The notes: generated by a model not told the origin, from the letters alone. A DNA stretch of 47,644 nucleotides from Hyphochytrium catenoides (GCA_900088475.1 FLMG01004480.1:1-47644); one strand, 5' to 3'. Counted from the first letter of the stretch, positions 14,303 through 26,427 are shown. Translations and numbers: made by a program.

Positions 14303-17300
14303 ATGCCGTCAGACACGGAATTGGTACCGAGAGATAGGGAAGCCCCAGATGACTGGGAGACCATCGATGCTCCTAATTACTTCTCCATAAGGGCCAAAGC
14401 TCCTCCGCGTGGTGGCCATCATGAGGAAGAGAATATGGAGTTTGACAAAGAAACGGTGGAGGGATCGAGTGTTCGAAGTGAAACGCCAGCGCTTTCTCAT
14501 AGTAGCTTCGTATCGGGGAGAGGCTACCTAGTGAGAGAGATTGCAACGGCTCCGCCAGCGCCGATCCCTCCTCTGAAGGACATTACTGACCCAGTGCAGT
14601 GGCTCCAATATAGAATCAGAGGTGACCGGTCTCAGTCCGTAAAGCTGGCACATGTGGGACGTTTACTGAACCAGGAGAGAAGAGATATCAAGCAAAAGAT
14701 GGGTGGAAAGGTGAGAGGACGTGGGACGAAGATGAACAACAGCACTTGCCTTGACAGTTGTCGGACACTATACACAGAGAGTAAGGCAGGCAGGAGGTGA
14801 AAGTATCTTGAGAGAGTTATGGCTCAAGGTAGATAGCGCTAAGAGGAGAGAAAGGCAAAGGAAGCGGAAGACGGAGAGAAATACTGCCAAAATCAAGAGC
14901 TTAGCACTCTGGTCAATCTGAGGCAGTGACTAATGCCGCTTAGGTCAGAGGATTTGTGGAGGATCACCCGCATCTCTTCAAGCTGGCGAAGGAGCATGGA
15001 GCTTGGGTCATTAGAGAGATCACCGGCGGCGCTACTGCAGAAAGAAAGGAGGGAGACTCTGAAGAAGAGGAAGAGCTAGGCGGCCAAGGAGAGAAGTATG
15101 TGCCACGCCTCTCACTGGAAAGAGAAGCTGTCGAACGGACCTTACAAGCAGTGAAGTCCCACTTGGCGCATCATCGCTGGAGTGGAGAGAGCAAGCGAGA
15201 GCCAAAGGACTCCACGTTCTCTTCCCAAGCAACTTGTTTCGCTTTCCCTGGTCCCCGCGCTAATGAGAGCCAGGAAGACTTAATCCGGTTGAGAGAAGAC
15301 TTCACCAAAAGAAAAGCACGCTCCAGCTATCAGGTACGTTTTGGCATGACCTTAAAGACTTCTAGCTGGCGGGAAGATGTTACCGACGTCTATGAAGGTA
15401 TGGAGAGAGAGATGCGTAGGTATAAAGTTAAAGTGGGCCCCAGGGCAAGTAGAGAAGGAAGACTGTTGGATGAAGCTTTGACTACTTAACGCCACTTTCT
15501 TGTCTGGTCAGTCCATGTTGAAGTTCCGCCAGCAGCTCCCGGCATGGAAGTACCGAGACGACGTCTTGCGTGTCATTGAACAGAATCAAGTCACCCTCAT
15601 CATGGGTGCCACAGGTGAGCCTGTGCCTCTGTTTCCGTTATCCGTCAGGCACCGTTTCAACTGTGGGCTTCATTCTTTGTTATCAGTACCAGGGTGGAAT
15701 CTCCCTCCAGGCTTGCCCTCCTTTGCCTTCTTTCTACCTTGTTGGCAACCAACAAAAGCTCCTTCCTATAATGGTTGGGGCGCGGGATTTGTGGCTCATT
15801 TCGTAATTGACTCCTTCTCCTTTCTTGTCGTCTAGGTAGTGGCAAAACGACGCAAGTCCCTCAATTCATCCTTGACTCTCATTTGGAGAACCTCAAGCCC
15901 TGCAACATAATCTGCACCCAGCCAAGAAGGATCTCAGCCACATCCGTAGCGGAAAGGGTAGTCCAGGAAAGAGGAGAAGACGGAGAACTAGGGGAGGAAG
16001 TTGGCTACCATATTCGATTTGGCCTTAAGGGAGGAGAGAGAACTCGTCTCCTGTACTGCACTGTGGGCATCCTACTGAGGAGATTGCAGTCGGATCCCAC
16101 TCTAAAGAATGTGACGCACGTTGTGCTGGATGAGATTCACGAAAGGGATAGCCTAGCAGATTTTACGCTGATCGTGCTAAGGGTAAGAGCTGCCCATAAG
16201 CAGATAAACTAGCTAACGGCTGCGAGTGTATCAGTACGGCTGACTGCGACTCAGGGATTGTAGGAGCTTTGGGACGCTTATTTCCAACCCGTTTTCTCCT
16301 CTCCGTTCTGGGGTCTTCACCTCGCTACTCATAGGACTTGATTCGAACCCAGCGGCCTGATCTGAAGCTGATCCTGATGACCGCCACCATGCACTTGGGG
16401 CCTCTGGAGAAGTACTTCAAGAATCAGTGTGCTTTGGTCACCATTGAAGGTAAAAAGACAATACCTTCAGAGCACTCATTTTTCTCTAGAACAGTGCAAC
16501 TAAAGAAAAGGGGGAAGTAGAAGGCGGACATGTTTCAGTGAGAAGCCCAAGGGGATCAAACTTGTGCTAAAAGTATCTTGCCATGGCGCAGGCAAGCTGT
16601 TCCCCGTCAAGACCTACTTCCTGGAAGACATTATCAGTCAAGCTCGGATAGACCCTAGCGAATTTGAGGTTAAAGGTGACGCTGCAATCCAAATTAGAGG
16701 ATCGGTGTACATTTGCATCGTGGTGGTGTTAAAATATGAGTAGTATAGAGGGAGGCTGACCCCTCTCTCGCCAGTTCGGCCACGTTATGGGCCCGGAGGT
16801 CCGCGAGGAGGAGGTAGAGGATTAACGAGGAGAGTCGAACAATATATTGAGGATCGCTTCCGCGAGTTGAGGCCTCTGCTAGGCTCTACCTACCCTGAGT
16901 CGACTATTTGGGCTCTTGCCACCTTGCAATGCCGAGGGGAGAGAGAGGACAAACTCAATGTTCAGTTGGTGCAGAGAGTGATAGAGCACATCCATGCAAC
17001 CGAGGGCTCCGGAGCTATACTCGTCTTTTTGCCAGGTACAAAGCGTTGCCGATACCCTGATAATTTTCGAGACTTCTCTGCTGCATGTCCTCATCTTGCT
17101 CTTGTTCCTCTCCTACCTAATCCCGCCCTCCTATAATCTCCTCTGCTATCTGAATATCCTCGGACACGGTCCTTTCAGTTAGTTCCTTCCGCTTCGGGAT
17201 GGCATGGGCGCCCGTCTATAGTCCGGACACTCCATTGCGCTACTTCCTATCACTCTACTGTCGCTCCTTTATGGTGCTCCTCGCTCCGCATGCTCTATAA

Positions 17301-20300
17301 CTTGGTCTAATTCTGCTAGGTTGGGCCAACATTTCCGACACCCTGTCGGCCTTGAGGTCTTCCTCTTCCTCATCGACTATGCACGTACTGGCAGTACATT
17401 CTCTATTGGCACACGATCAGCAGCGCGCAATATTTGCTCCGCCTCCACAAGGTAATTGCAGTGACGATGGCGCGGTATTCTCAAGGGTCGAAAATATAAG
17501 CCTCATTCAATCCTTGCGTTTCTGCTTGATCTACCGCTCCGCATTGATGTGCATCTGCCTTACCTGGCGCCAGGCCGTCGTAAGGTGGTCTTGGCTACCA
17601 ACATCGCTGAGACCTCCATCACGATAGACGACGTAGTCTATGTGGTAGATCTGGGTCTGAGCAACGAAATGGGATACAACCCACACACCGACCTAGCCAC
17701 TCTTTCTACGGTGAAGATTAGCAAGGCTTCGAGCAGACAAAGGAGAGGCAGAGCGGGAAGATTAAGGGAAGGGAAGTACTATTGTCTCCTTAGCAGAGCC
17801 GAATACGACGAGCTACAAGACTTTACGGTAGGTATCAAGAAGGGGACACCTCCATGGTAGAGAATCGGATAAGCGCTTGGTCCTCAGAGCAAACCGCCGG
17901 CATGTGAGCAGCAAGTGGGTCTAGATCGAGCGCATGCAATAGAGACGTGAGAGCCAGAAGAGGGGGGGCAAGGGCACATACAATAGCGGGGCATTACCAG
18001 CATCTGATCCTAACGTCCTTCCTTGTCTAGGTGCCCGAGATTCTTCGCCGACCGCTAGAAGAACTGTGCCTCCATGTGAAGTCCTTGGACCTGGGAGATC
18101 TGAAGCTCTTCCTAAACAAAGCACTGGATCCGCCACAAACAGAGTAAGCTCCTCCAAGAAGTGTCCACCCCCTATTGATGCTCTTTATGTGTTCTACCCT
18201 TAGAAACAGTCGTTCAAGGTGCACCAAGAGATATCTAACGTCCCTTATCCATAACAGATCGATAGAGAAGTCTGTTGCCCTTTTAGAGGCCATGGGCGCT
18301 CTTGATAAAGACGAGAAGTTAACTGCTCTAGGCAAGATGTCCATAAACTTCGCGTGTTCTTCCCTTCTCTGCTCTAACCTTTTGCTCTGTCAGGCAAACT
18401 TCTTTCTACCCTCCCAGTGCATCCGTTAATTGGCAAGACCTTAGTTTTGGCGACTATCTTTGGCTGCGTGGACCCCATCGCCACAATCGCCGCAGCCATG
18501 AGCGCAAAGAATCCTTTTGAGAAAGTGCTTGGAGAGGAGGCAGCCACTGATAGAGCCATGGCCAGGTAGAAGATACCTTTTTTTGCGGTACTTTTCCTGC
18601 TTGCGGTGCCTACATAACGGCTCTTGTGTCATGATCCAGATTGGCCGATGGTTGCGGCAGTGATCACATGCTCATGGTCAAGGTGCTGAAGCTTTGGCAT
18701 GGGGCTCAAAGCAAAGGACTATATGCGGTAGGGCCACAGCCATCATCATGCTCGCTCTATATATATGCCACGGTGCCACGGTGTGCCTCTGAAAGATATT
18801 ACATGCTCTATGCTTATTTCTCCGGCTGAGGTCTTTCTAGACTAGTCAGTCCTTTCTAGAAGACTTCTTTCATGCTTTGGTCCTTGTCGAACCTCCAGTC
18901 CTTTCCTGCTTACCAAGGAAGCTCGTTTACTGCTAATTGATCTTACGAGAAAAGTCTTGAGATAAAGTATGTGTCTTAACTACGAATTCGGGGCTTGGCA
19001 GGAGGAAAGATTTTGCAGCGAGAACTTTCTCTCACGCAACACTCTGAGGATGATTGACAACATGAAGAGTCAATTCTTGTCTCTCCTGACAGAGTTGCAC
19101 GTCAAGGATCCGCCTCAAGTGTACAATCGACACGCTGACAACAACGAGTTGGTCCTAGCAGTGCTAATGGCTGGTTTGTTCCCTCGCCTTATCACTATTG
19201 AGAGAGCTCAAAGAGTTAAGCGAGACGGAAACGTACTTGAGAAGGTCTTTCTCTCCTCTTCGACCGGCCAAAGAGTGAAGGTTCACCCGGGTTCTGTCAA
19301 TTCTGACAGAAGAGAGACCTTTCCTGGAGCAGACTTTCTTTCCTACTTCGAGATGGTGAAGTCCTCTTCTGTCTTCATTAGGGATTGTTCGCCTATAAAG
19401 GCGGTTCCCGTCGCGCTCTTGGCAGGAAATGTAGGCTGTCTGAGGCCAGTGAACGAGAGATCGGAGCGAGAAAATGGAAAGACTGAGAAGCTTGGAATAT
19501 ATTCGGAAACGCGTTCATCGGTGAGTAACAGGAGCAGTGCTTATCGTTGCATTCCAGGGTAACTTGGTATGTGGTCCTCGGTTCCGTCTCGGGTCACGGG
19601 TGTTCACACATTTTTACTTGTGATCTGTGTAGCATTTGGTGAAGTTCCTGGTTGAGAAGGAGGCATCCTGCGTGTTTACAGAGCTACGAAGAGTCGTTGA
19701 TAATCTCCTCCAGCAGCAATTCACACGCCTAGATACAGGTAGAACCCCTTCTTCTGAAGTGAATTCCTCGTTCAAGCGAAATGTATGCTTGTCCGAGAGC
19801 CAGCTCTCACGCTACCCCGGCTGTAGGCTCAGCCAGGGATGCTCTCGATTCCATTGTAGAGTTTATCTCTGAGCCAAACAGAGAGGTTTATTATGAAGGT
19901 GGTGGAAGGAACACTTTACGAAGCGCATTGCCAGACTACAAGCGATTTTCTTCTTATCACAACGGGAGAGATCCTTATGCTCGCAAGGAGCAGTCATTTG
20001 TGTATGACGATAAGGATGATAGACGAGGACGAGTTGGAGGCCCTTATCCTTCACGGTACCAGGAAGTCTATAGAGGAGCTGAAAGGCACAACTTTTCATC
20101 CTATCCTGCCTCCTCAGCTACCAATCGAGGGGGCCAGGGGAGTACAGGAGAGAGTCATCGGGCACGTGCCGCAGGATTCGATGGACAAAGTGCTCTACAG
20201 CCTTCCACTACTAGATATGGTGAGCGACGCCAGTATAATTACAGAGGCGATGGAGTGAGAGGTCGGCCGTATGCTTATCATCGCGGTCGTGGCCGCGCAC

Positions 20301-20320
20301 CATATCATGGTGGACAGTAA
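14303..20320 (+). CDS. DEAH-box RNA helicase, DHX36/DHX57/DHX30-like, ~15-16 exons, with probable N-terminal LOTUS/OST-HTH domain, HA2 and OB-fold domains, and a C-terminal RG/Y-rich tail
   Basis: Spliced motifs: [117 protein letters not shown]. The start codon is uncertain and may lie upstream, e.g. ATG at ~13854. Confidence 0.93.
18332..18393 (+). other. GC-AG intron in the helicase HA2 region
   Basis: G|GCAAGA donor, CTAAC branch point and polypyrimidine CAG acceptor. This splice restores [15 protein letters not shown]; the nearby GT at 18339 gives the wrong phase. Confidence 0.8.
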
Positions 20321-21087
20321 GTGTCTGAGGTGGATAGTGAAAGTTTGACAAGCTGCCGCCCATAAAGCTGTTTTCTGTAATGTAAGGCGGTATAAAGAAC
20401 CTAGCCTCGCAGTTGATGATCCAACTCCACTACTACTACGGCCTCCCTTTTTGGCAGGAGCAAGTGGAGACTAAAGGAGACGCTGTCAGTGTAACCTCAC
20501 GGAAGGGCACATCATCCATACAGCCATCAATAAAAAGAGACTATTCATAGGGCGGTGGGCGGGCCTCGCAGAATATAACCACACGGTGCGTTGCAAGCGG
20601 AGCTATGAGTGGGCTTCTACTACCTGAAGGAGTATCTTACCTCACCGCTAGCTGTTTATAACAGAGCAGTGAGCCTGCTCAAAACCGCACTATGGCTCGG
20701 TCTAAGACAACCGAAAGCCGCATCACCTAACTCATTTTTGGAGTCTCAGAATGGTGGGTAGGAGGGGCAATTCTGCTATATGAGGGGCAGGCGCCATCTA
20801 GCAAAGCAGTAAGAATACTGCCAGAAAAGAGGTCTCCTAGTACATTTCATTGTCCTGAGGTCCAGATCGCGTCCTCCTTCAATAATGGCTCTACGCTCGC
20901 TTCAGCCTCTCTTCCTAACTCTGCTAGCCTGCCAACCTAGGAGGATGGACCACCTTCATACATATCTCGGCGTCTGGGTGGCACTATTTCATCATCAGCT
21001 TACCCGCTTTATCATCAGTCACGACTAATCAAGCTCAGGAGGAGCTCCACCTGGTCAGTTTGTTCAGAGTACTAGAATCTTTATAGC

Positions 21088-21543
21088 GCTTTGAGCCTCA
21101 GAGAGTGTGCACGCTCTTTGACGTTACTGTCTCCGACTCGCTGCAACCTAACATCCTACCTCATGCAGCGGCTCGGGCAGGATACGTCGCAGAAAGTGCG
21201 CATAGCAGAAAAGTTGCCCTTTACGCTGAGGATTGTGAGGATCAAGGCTATGGTTTCCGGCCCTTGGCATGGGAGTCCTTTGGCGGAGCAACAGAGACAG
21301 TCACTCGACCCTGAAAGAATGGCTTAGGGCTGTCTCTGACAGGTGTGGGAGTGTGGTTCTTCCTCTATCATCCCTCATCGCCACCGCCTACAGGCGCATA
21401 TCTGTCCTATTACAGCGTTGTAATGCAGAGATGGTCTTCCATCGCATGCCCCTACCTGCGCACATCGACTTGCCACTTCTGTCTACTACTACCACAGAAG
21501 ACCTCCTGCAACAGCACCTGGAAGCTGACCCAGGACCACATTC
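21088..21543 (+). mobile_element. 5'-truncated fragment of a CRE-like non-LTR retrotransposon (restriction-like endonuclease C-terminus), frameshifted
   Basis: Encodes LFDVTVS...AGYVAESAHSRKVALY...GYGFRPLAWESFGG, then a 1-bp deletion, then ...AYRRISVLLQRCNAEMV. Confidence 0.8.
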
Positions 21544-21925
21544 TCGATGTGCGCAGGTAGGGGCATGCGGTGGAAGACCATCTCTGCATTACAACGCTGT
21601 AATAGGACAGATATGCGTCTGTAGGCGGTCGCGGTGAGAGATGATAGAGGAAGACCCACACTCCCACACCTGTCAGAGATAGCCCTAAGCCATTCTTTCA
21701 GGGTCGAGTGAACTGTCTCTGTTGCTCCGCCAAAGGATTCCCATGCCAACGGCCGGAAACCATAGCCTTGATCTTCACAATCCTCAGCGTAAAGGGCAAC
21801 TTTTCTGCTATGCGCACTTTCTGCGACGTATCCTGCCCGAGCCGCTGCATGAGGTAGGGTGTTAGGTTGCAGCGAGTGGGAGACAGTAACGTCAAAGAGC
21901 GTGCACACTCTCTGAGGCTCGAAGC
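21088..21925. repeat. Long inverted repeat: arms 21088-21468 and 21544-21925, ~96% identical, with a 75 nt spacer
   Basis: Manual alignment of the left arm to the reverse complement of the right arm gives 13 substitutions and one 1-bp indel over ~381 bp. Confidence 0.97.
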
Positions 21926-22290
21926 CCTCAATGGCCAGGTCACCCGGGCGATGACCATTAGGTAAGACCCTGTCAGGAGGTTCAGCTCTGGCCAAAAGCC
22001 CTGCCGAACGAGCAAGGCCTACCTCGAGGAGAAGGTCCCGTAAGCCATCATGACGAACCGTCATACATCGATGGGCTAAATAAGCGACAAACCATAGCAT
22101 GGTCCCCAAACACGTCAAAGTCCTCAATACATACCTTGCACCGTCCTGGCTCATCCAGAATTGGTACGCCCAGCATCTCGCACTGTACAGTACTCGTACA
22201 AGTGCAAGAAAGCTCTTGTTTGTTGTCTGATGATTCATCGGCCCCACCAAGGCACGTAACACGAGAAAGTTGATAACCATCTTCTGATAA
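21544..22290 (-). mobile_element. Degraded 3' part of a CRE-like (RLE) non-LTR retrotransposon ORF: CCHC zinc knuckle plus PD-(D/E)xK restriction-like endonuclease
   Basis: One frame reads LGVPI...CKVC-x9-HAMVC (22140-22087). After a frameshift come RHDGLRD, RPGDL, FDVTV, K..Y, FRPLAWESFGG and RISVLLQRCNA, which are the motifs of CRE/R2-group RLE domains. No RT domain is seen. Confidence 0.85.
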
Positions 22291-22905
22291 CTGACTACAG
22301 CATGAGGAGGGTAGACGATGATGCAGCCACTTTTGCGTTACAGATCACCAGCGATGCCATACCCCCTGATGGTCGTCCTCATAGCCCGTTATAAGTGGGA
22401 GGTTAAAGTGCAACCACCATATGTTGTGGCAGAAGGATCGAAGTCTCAGTATGCCTCCTGGAGCACACATCATCACTCATAGTGCCATCATCACCTTCCA
22501 ATGCCGAGCATCCTCGGTGCCCTTGGCAACTAGGAAACTAACTGCGGAGGAGCTTCTCATCCTTTCCTTACCTCCTCCTAGTGAGGTATACCTTATCTAC
22601 TCGGTAAAGGCTTTATGTCTTCGTCTGGCTAGCCCGTAAAGCTGCCACAGACATGGTCGGATGTGTCCTTCTAGTCGTCATCAGTGAGCCTTTGCATCGA
22701 TTTGCTTTATAAATGCCGTCTACATTACTTCCATCACCTCCGGCTGTCCCATAATAGTCCACGTCAAGAAGCCCCGATATAGAGACTTGAGCCGCATCAG
22801 TCGTCAGATGCATCACTAGCAAGAAACTCTCGCTTGGACTTTTGATACATGCGACCGGAGATTGCGGAACCCCTTAGCGCAGACTCGCAATGTCGAGCGA
22901 GGTGA

Positions 22906-24263
22906 CAGGAACTGTGGATAAGAGTAGGACGCTCTTTTTGGCCTATTCCAGTAGACTTTTCAGAATCTGACTCCACACTGCTGTTTCTTGCAGAAGCCGA
23001 GAAGTTAGAAACTCTTTCCAAAAGATCAGGTCCAGGATGTCTGGTCAACATTCTCTGTGCCTGCGGATCACACCCAAGAGCTGTGGTTCAGCATAAGAGT
23101 GGGACTGAGGATGACCCCAAATCTGTTAGGACCAGGAAGTACGAAGACTTCAACTATGAAGCCTATTTAGGTGAGGAGGCCAGAAAGAGGCTTGAGCACC
23201 TTGCTGAGCAAAGTGCAGTTCCCTATGACAAGCAGAACCCAAAGCACGAGGTAAGCAACACATGTGCACTGCCATCGTCATGTTGGGCTGACATGAGGCT
23301 ACAATCGTCCCGTACAGGAGGACTTGATGAGGTTGTGGGGTGCGGCATTTCCAAATCAACCATTAGGAGACCGCATATCCGTAAGAATCAAGGAGCATGT
23401 CGTCATCCTGATGGGGGTCAAAAACCACTTATCCTGTCTCATGTCTCTTACAGGATCAATGGAAGGAGATTGGGTTCCAAGGGCGAGATCCGGCGACTGA
23501 TTTCAGGTGAGTGGCGTCCTATGATGGTGACCACTCAAGCTAACAGGCCCTCCTAACCTCTATTGTCAAATGAACGTCTTCAACCCGACGATGGCTCACA
23601 TTGTCGATACTGGCTTTTCAAACGACGTTTTGGCCTCAGAGGAGCTGGCTACTTTGGGCTACTGGTGCGTCCTGTTCAGCAATACGTTTGCTTTGTTTAA
23701 ATGTGCTAATCTTACATTTTCTCTGTACGAACAGAACATGATTTATTTTGGAGAGAAGGAACCTGCCGCCTTTGCGGCCTTAGTCACAACAGGAAGAGAA
23801 TATGGGTTTGCTGTAGGTCCGTCAATTTGTATCCTGCCCTTCTGGATAGGCCCACACGTTGCCTAATATCTACCGCCATACCTCCTTTTGCATCATTTTC
23901 TGTCTTTGAACACTTGTAGCATCAATCAACACGACAGCGCTTTTGAAAGCGTACCTTCGAATACAGAACGCAGATCAGAGGAAGAAGGACTTACTCTCTA
24001 CCAAATATGTCGCCTCCAAGAAAGCCTTGATTAACGCCGCCAGGTTGTTTGAGACCCATGAGCATGCCTTCGAAGAGCTCTATTGTTGCTGCGTACTACT
24101 CGTGGATCATATTTGGAAGAAGCTTTTATCACAAGACCCATCCTTCTCGCTGCTACGCTTTGCAGAGGTATTTCTAATATTGTATGACCGGCTGGAAACG
24201 GTGCTCTGCAGAGAGCCCAAGACAATCAAGGAAGTCCAAGACCTCTGTGCAGTCCAGAGCTAG
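22906..24263 (+). CDS. ELMO/CED-12 domain protein (ELMOD-like), >=6 exons; start not identified
   Basis: Spliced product: YDKQNPKHE-EDLMRLWGAAFP...DQWKEIGFQGRDPATDFRGAGYFGLL-NMIYF...YGFAVASINTT...FEELYC. GT-AG introns are phase compatible. Confidence 0.88.
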
Positions 24264-24551
24264 GGAGAGCTCTAAATCTCCTATGAACTGGCAAGGTCCT
24301 TGCTACACTTAGTCCCTCACCACGACTACCTATGTGGGGATATTGCTGTGATGCGGTTGATCGAGATATCCTTGAAAGCATTATTGTGACCCCTTCCAGG
24401 TCGCGGCTATTAACCTAGTCCTTCACGCACTCCACAATCTTGCCACTCGATCAGTGCAACCTCCTAATAATAGGCAATATCTCCACAATGAAGGCACGCT
24501 CGCTAACAGACAGCTTAACTTTCTTTCATCGATTGACATTTCAGAGCCAGC

Positions 24552-25161
24552 TTACGCCTCTTCGCACCACTTGTTCTCCTCCCGTACTTGAGCCTCTTCT
24601 TCTGGGGTGAAGTCGTTCACTATGTTGAATGTCTTTCTGATCTCCTCAGGCGTTCTTCCCTTGATCATGCTAGCCACCTTTGCGCAGGTGAGATCTAGCA
24701 AGCTCTTGATATCCATATAGTTGGCTGCCAAAATAAGCTCGAACAGCATCTCCTGCTCGAGGTTTACGAATTCCGCATCCCATGCTGCCACAACCTCATG
24801 CATGTGTTGGCTTTTCAGAGGCTTTTCAATCTCAGCCATTGGGTTGTTATGATGGTGCTGGCAAAACTCGATAACCTTTGCTAGTACAGAGCTCTTGACG
24901 TTCGGAAGCGGGATTTCTTGATTGTCATCTGCATCATGGTCATCTTGAAGTCGAGAGAGACGGCGAAAATTACCAGTTAGCACTGCACCAGACTTCTAGT
25001 CGTTGTTCGAAGCTCCATAACTTACCATCAATCATAGTCTTGACGAGTTCTGACATTCTAGCGACACTAACGGGACACTCAAAGCTCTCTCCCTCCTGAG
25101 ACACAAGAACAACTGTGCGGCCATCGTCTCTGCTCTCCTCGGCTTTAGTTTCCTCGGGCAT
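24552..25161 (-). CDS. SKP1: S-phase kinase-associated protein 1 (SCF adaptor), 2 exons (25161-25026, 24943-24552)
   Basis: [48 protein letters not shown] and [21 protein letters not shown]; 82-nt intron with GCTAAC branch point. Confidence 0.97.
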
Positions 25162-26427
25162 CTTTGTTATATTGGGAGTTCAGAGAGACCTTCCACAGCG
25201 ACAAAAACCTTGCAGACAGAGGAATAAATAAGCTCCAAGCCTCAGTTCTATGACAGCAGCCTCTCCCGGAGATCTTCTATGGAGACCCAAGGAACCCAAG
25301 GCCAGAGTCAGAGAGACAGAGATATCTCTAGGGACCGTGAGTCAGATGACTTGCAGTCCGTCCCTTCTCAAAAGAATCTTCTTGGCGAATAAGGTTCGCG
25401 ATAAAGCTCATCATCTGCCGCAGGATCGCCCACAAAGAAAGAAGAGATTGAGAGATTTCTGGCTTGACTCTGTCATTCACGGGATGGTTGAGGACAATCG
25501 AGACAGAGTGAGGATGAGCAATAGGAAGAGCGCGACAAAATGGCGAGAGAAAGACGGCCGAGGGGACCACGTGTGAAAGACAGAGCACAGAGAGAGGACG
25601 CCACAAACTCCACAAGTCCAAAAGAATCCCCCTATACCAGAAGAGTACCTGGGTAGCCAACGGTCACACTAGAGCCGCTTCTCATGGGTTTTCTAGCTGC
25701 AGGAAGGCACTTGTGGTGGGGTAGGTGAAGGCCACCCCCAAGCATGGGAGGGAACACAGAGAAAATGAAGTGTTGATAATCAACACTTTAACTCTGAGTG
25801 ATTACCGATACTACGGTAAACCTGATCCTACATTATCCTCTAGTCTGGACGGTTAAACGGTTCAAGCACATCCAGTAACCAAAGTACTCTGGATACGTGA
25901 TTAATCAATAGTTCTTACATGCCAGTGTAAGGAGGCAACAGGCAAAAGGAAGATCAAAGTAAAGATTAACTATGAAGCTGATTTATTCCCTCTTCACATT
26001 GACCTAAAACTGAAGATGCACTGCAAATGTTGACCTGTGAGCTGTGCCGTTTCGTTTCACCCGCGTCAATCATTGCTCGGGATGGCGACGGAGCCCACGC
26101 AGGCACCCACAGAAGCGCGGCGGAAGGCACTTCGAGGGACCAAGGGCAGCTGGTCAAGGCTCTCAAGCTATAAGCTGGACGCTGAGGTATAAGGAGTCTC
26201 CAAAAGCAGCGGCCTCATTAGGCAGGGCTCGATTGATGCGATCACTTGGCGGCACTACCGTCTCTACCCTTGATCTATTGGCCAGCATAGCTTTCCGGGA
26301 AGCCGCAGGACTTCTGATCACTGATGAGAGTTATAGGCCAGCCTTTTCAAGGTTGGCTTCATCCCGCAGAACAATGAGCTTAGAACTTCATTCACAAGCG
26401 TCTTTGCAATAGCCCCAACCTCTCCGC

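Noticed and set aside
14711-19826. Introner-like repeated introns or U12-type introns
   Set aside because: The introns share no sequence beyond splice signals, and no GTATCCT/ATATCCT donors were needed in any gene model.
21088-21925. MITE or foldback DNA transposon
   Set aside because: The arms encode retroelement endonuclease sequence, the homology to the element continues past the right arm to ~22290, and no TSD is seen.
25250-26412. ORFs between SKP1 and GPCR-PIPK
   Set aside because: No domain signal; this is probably the divergent promoter/UTR region.
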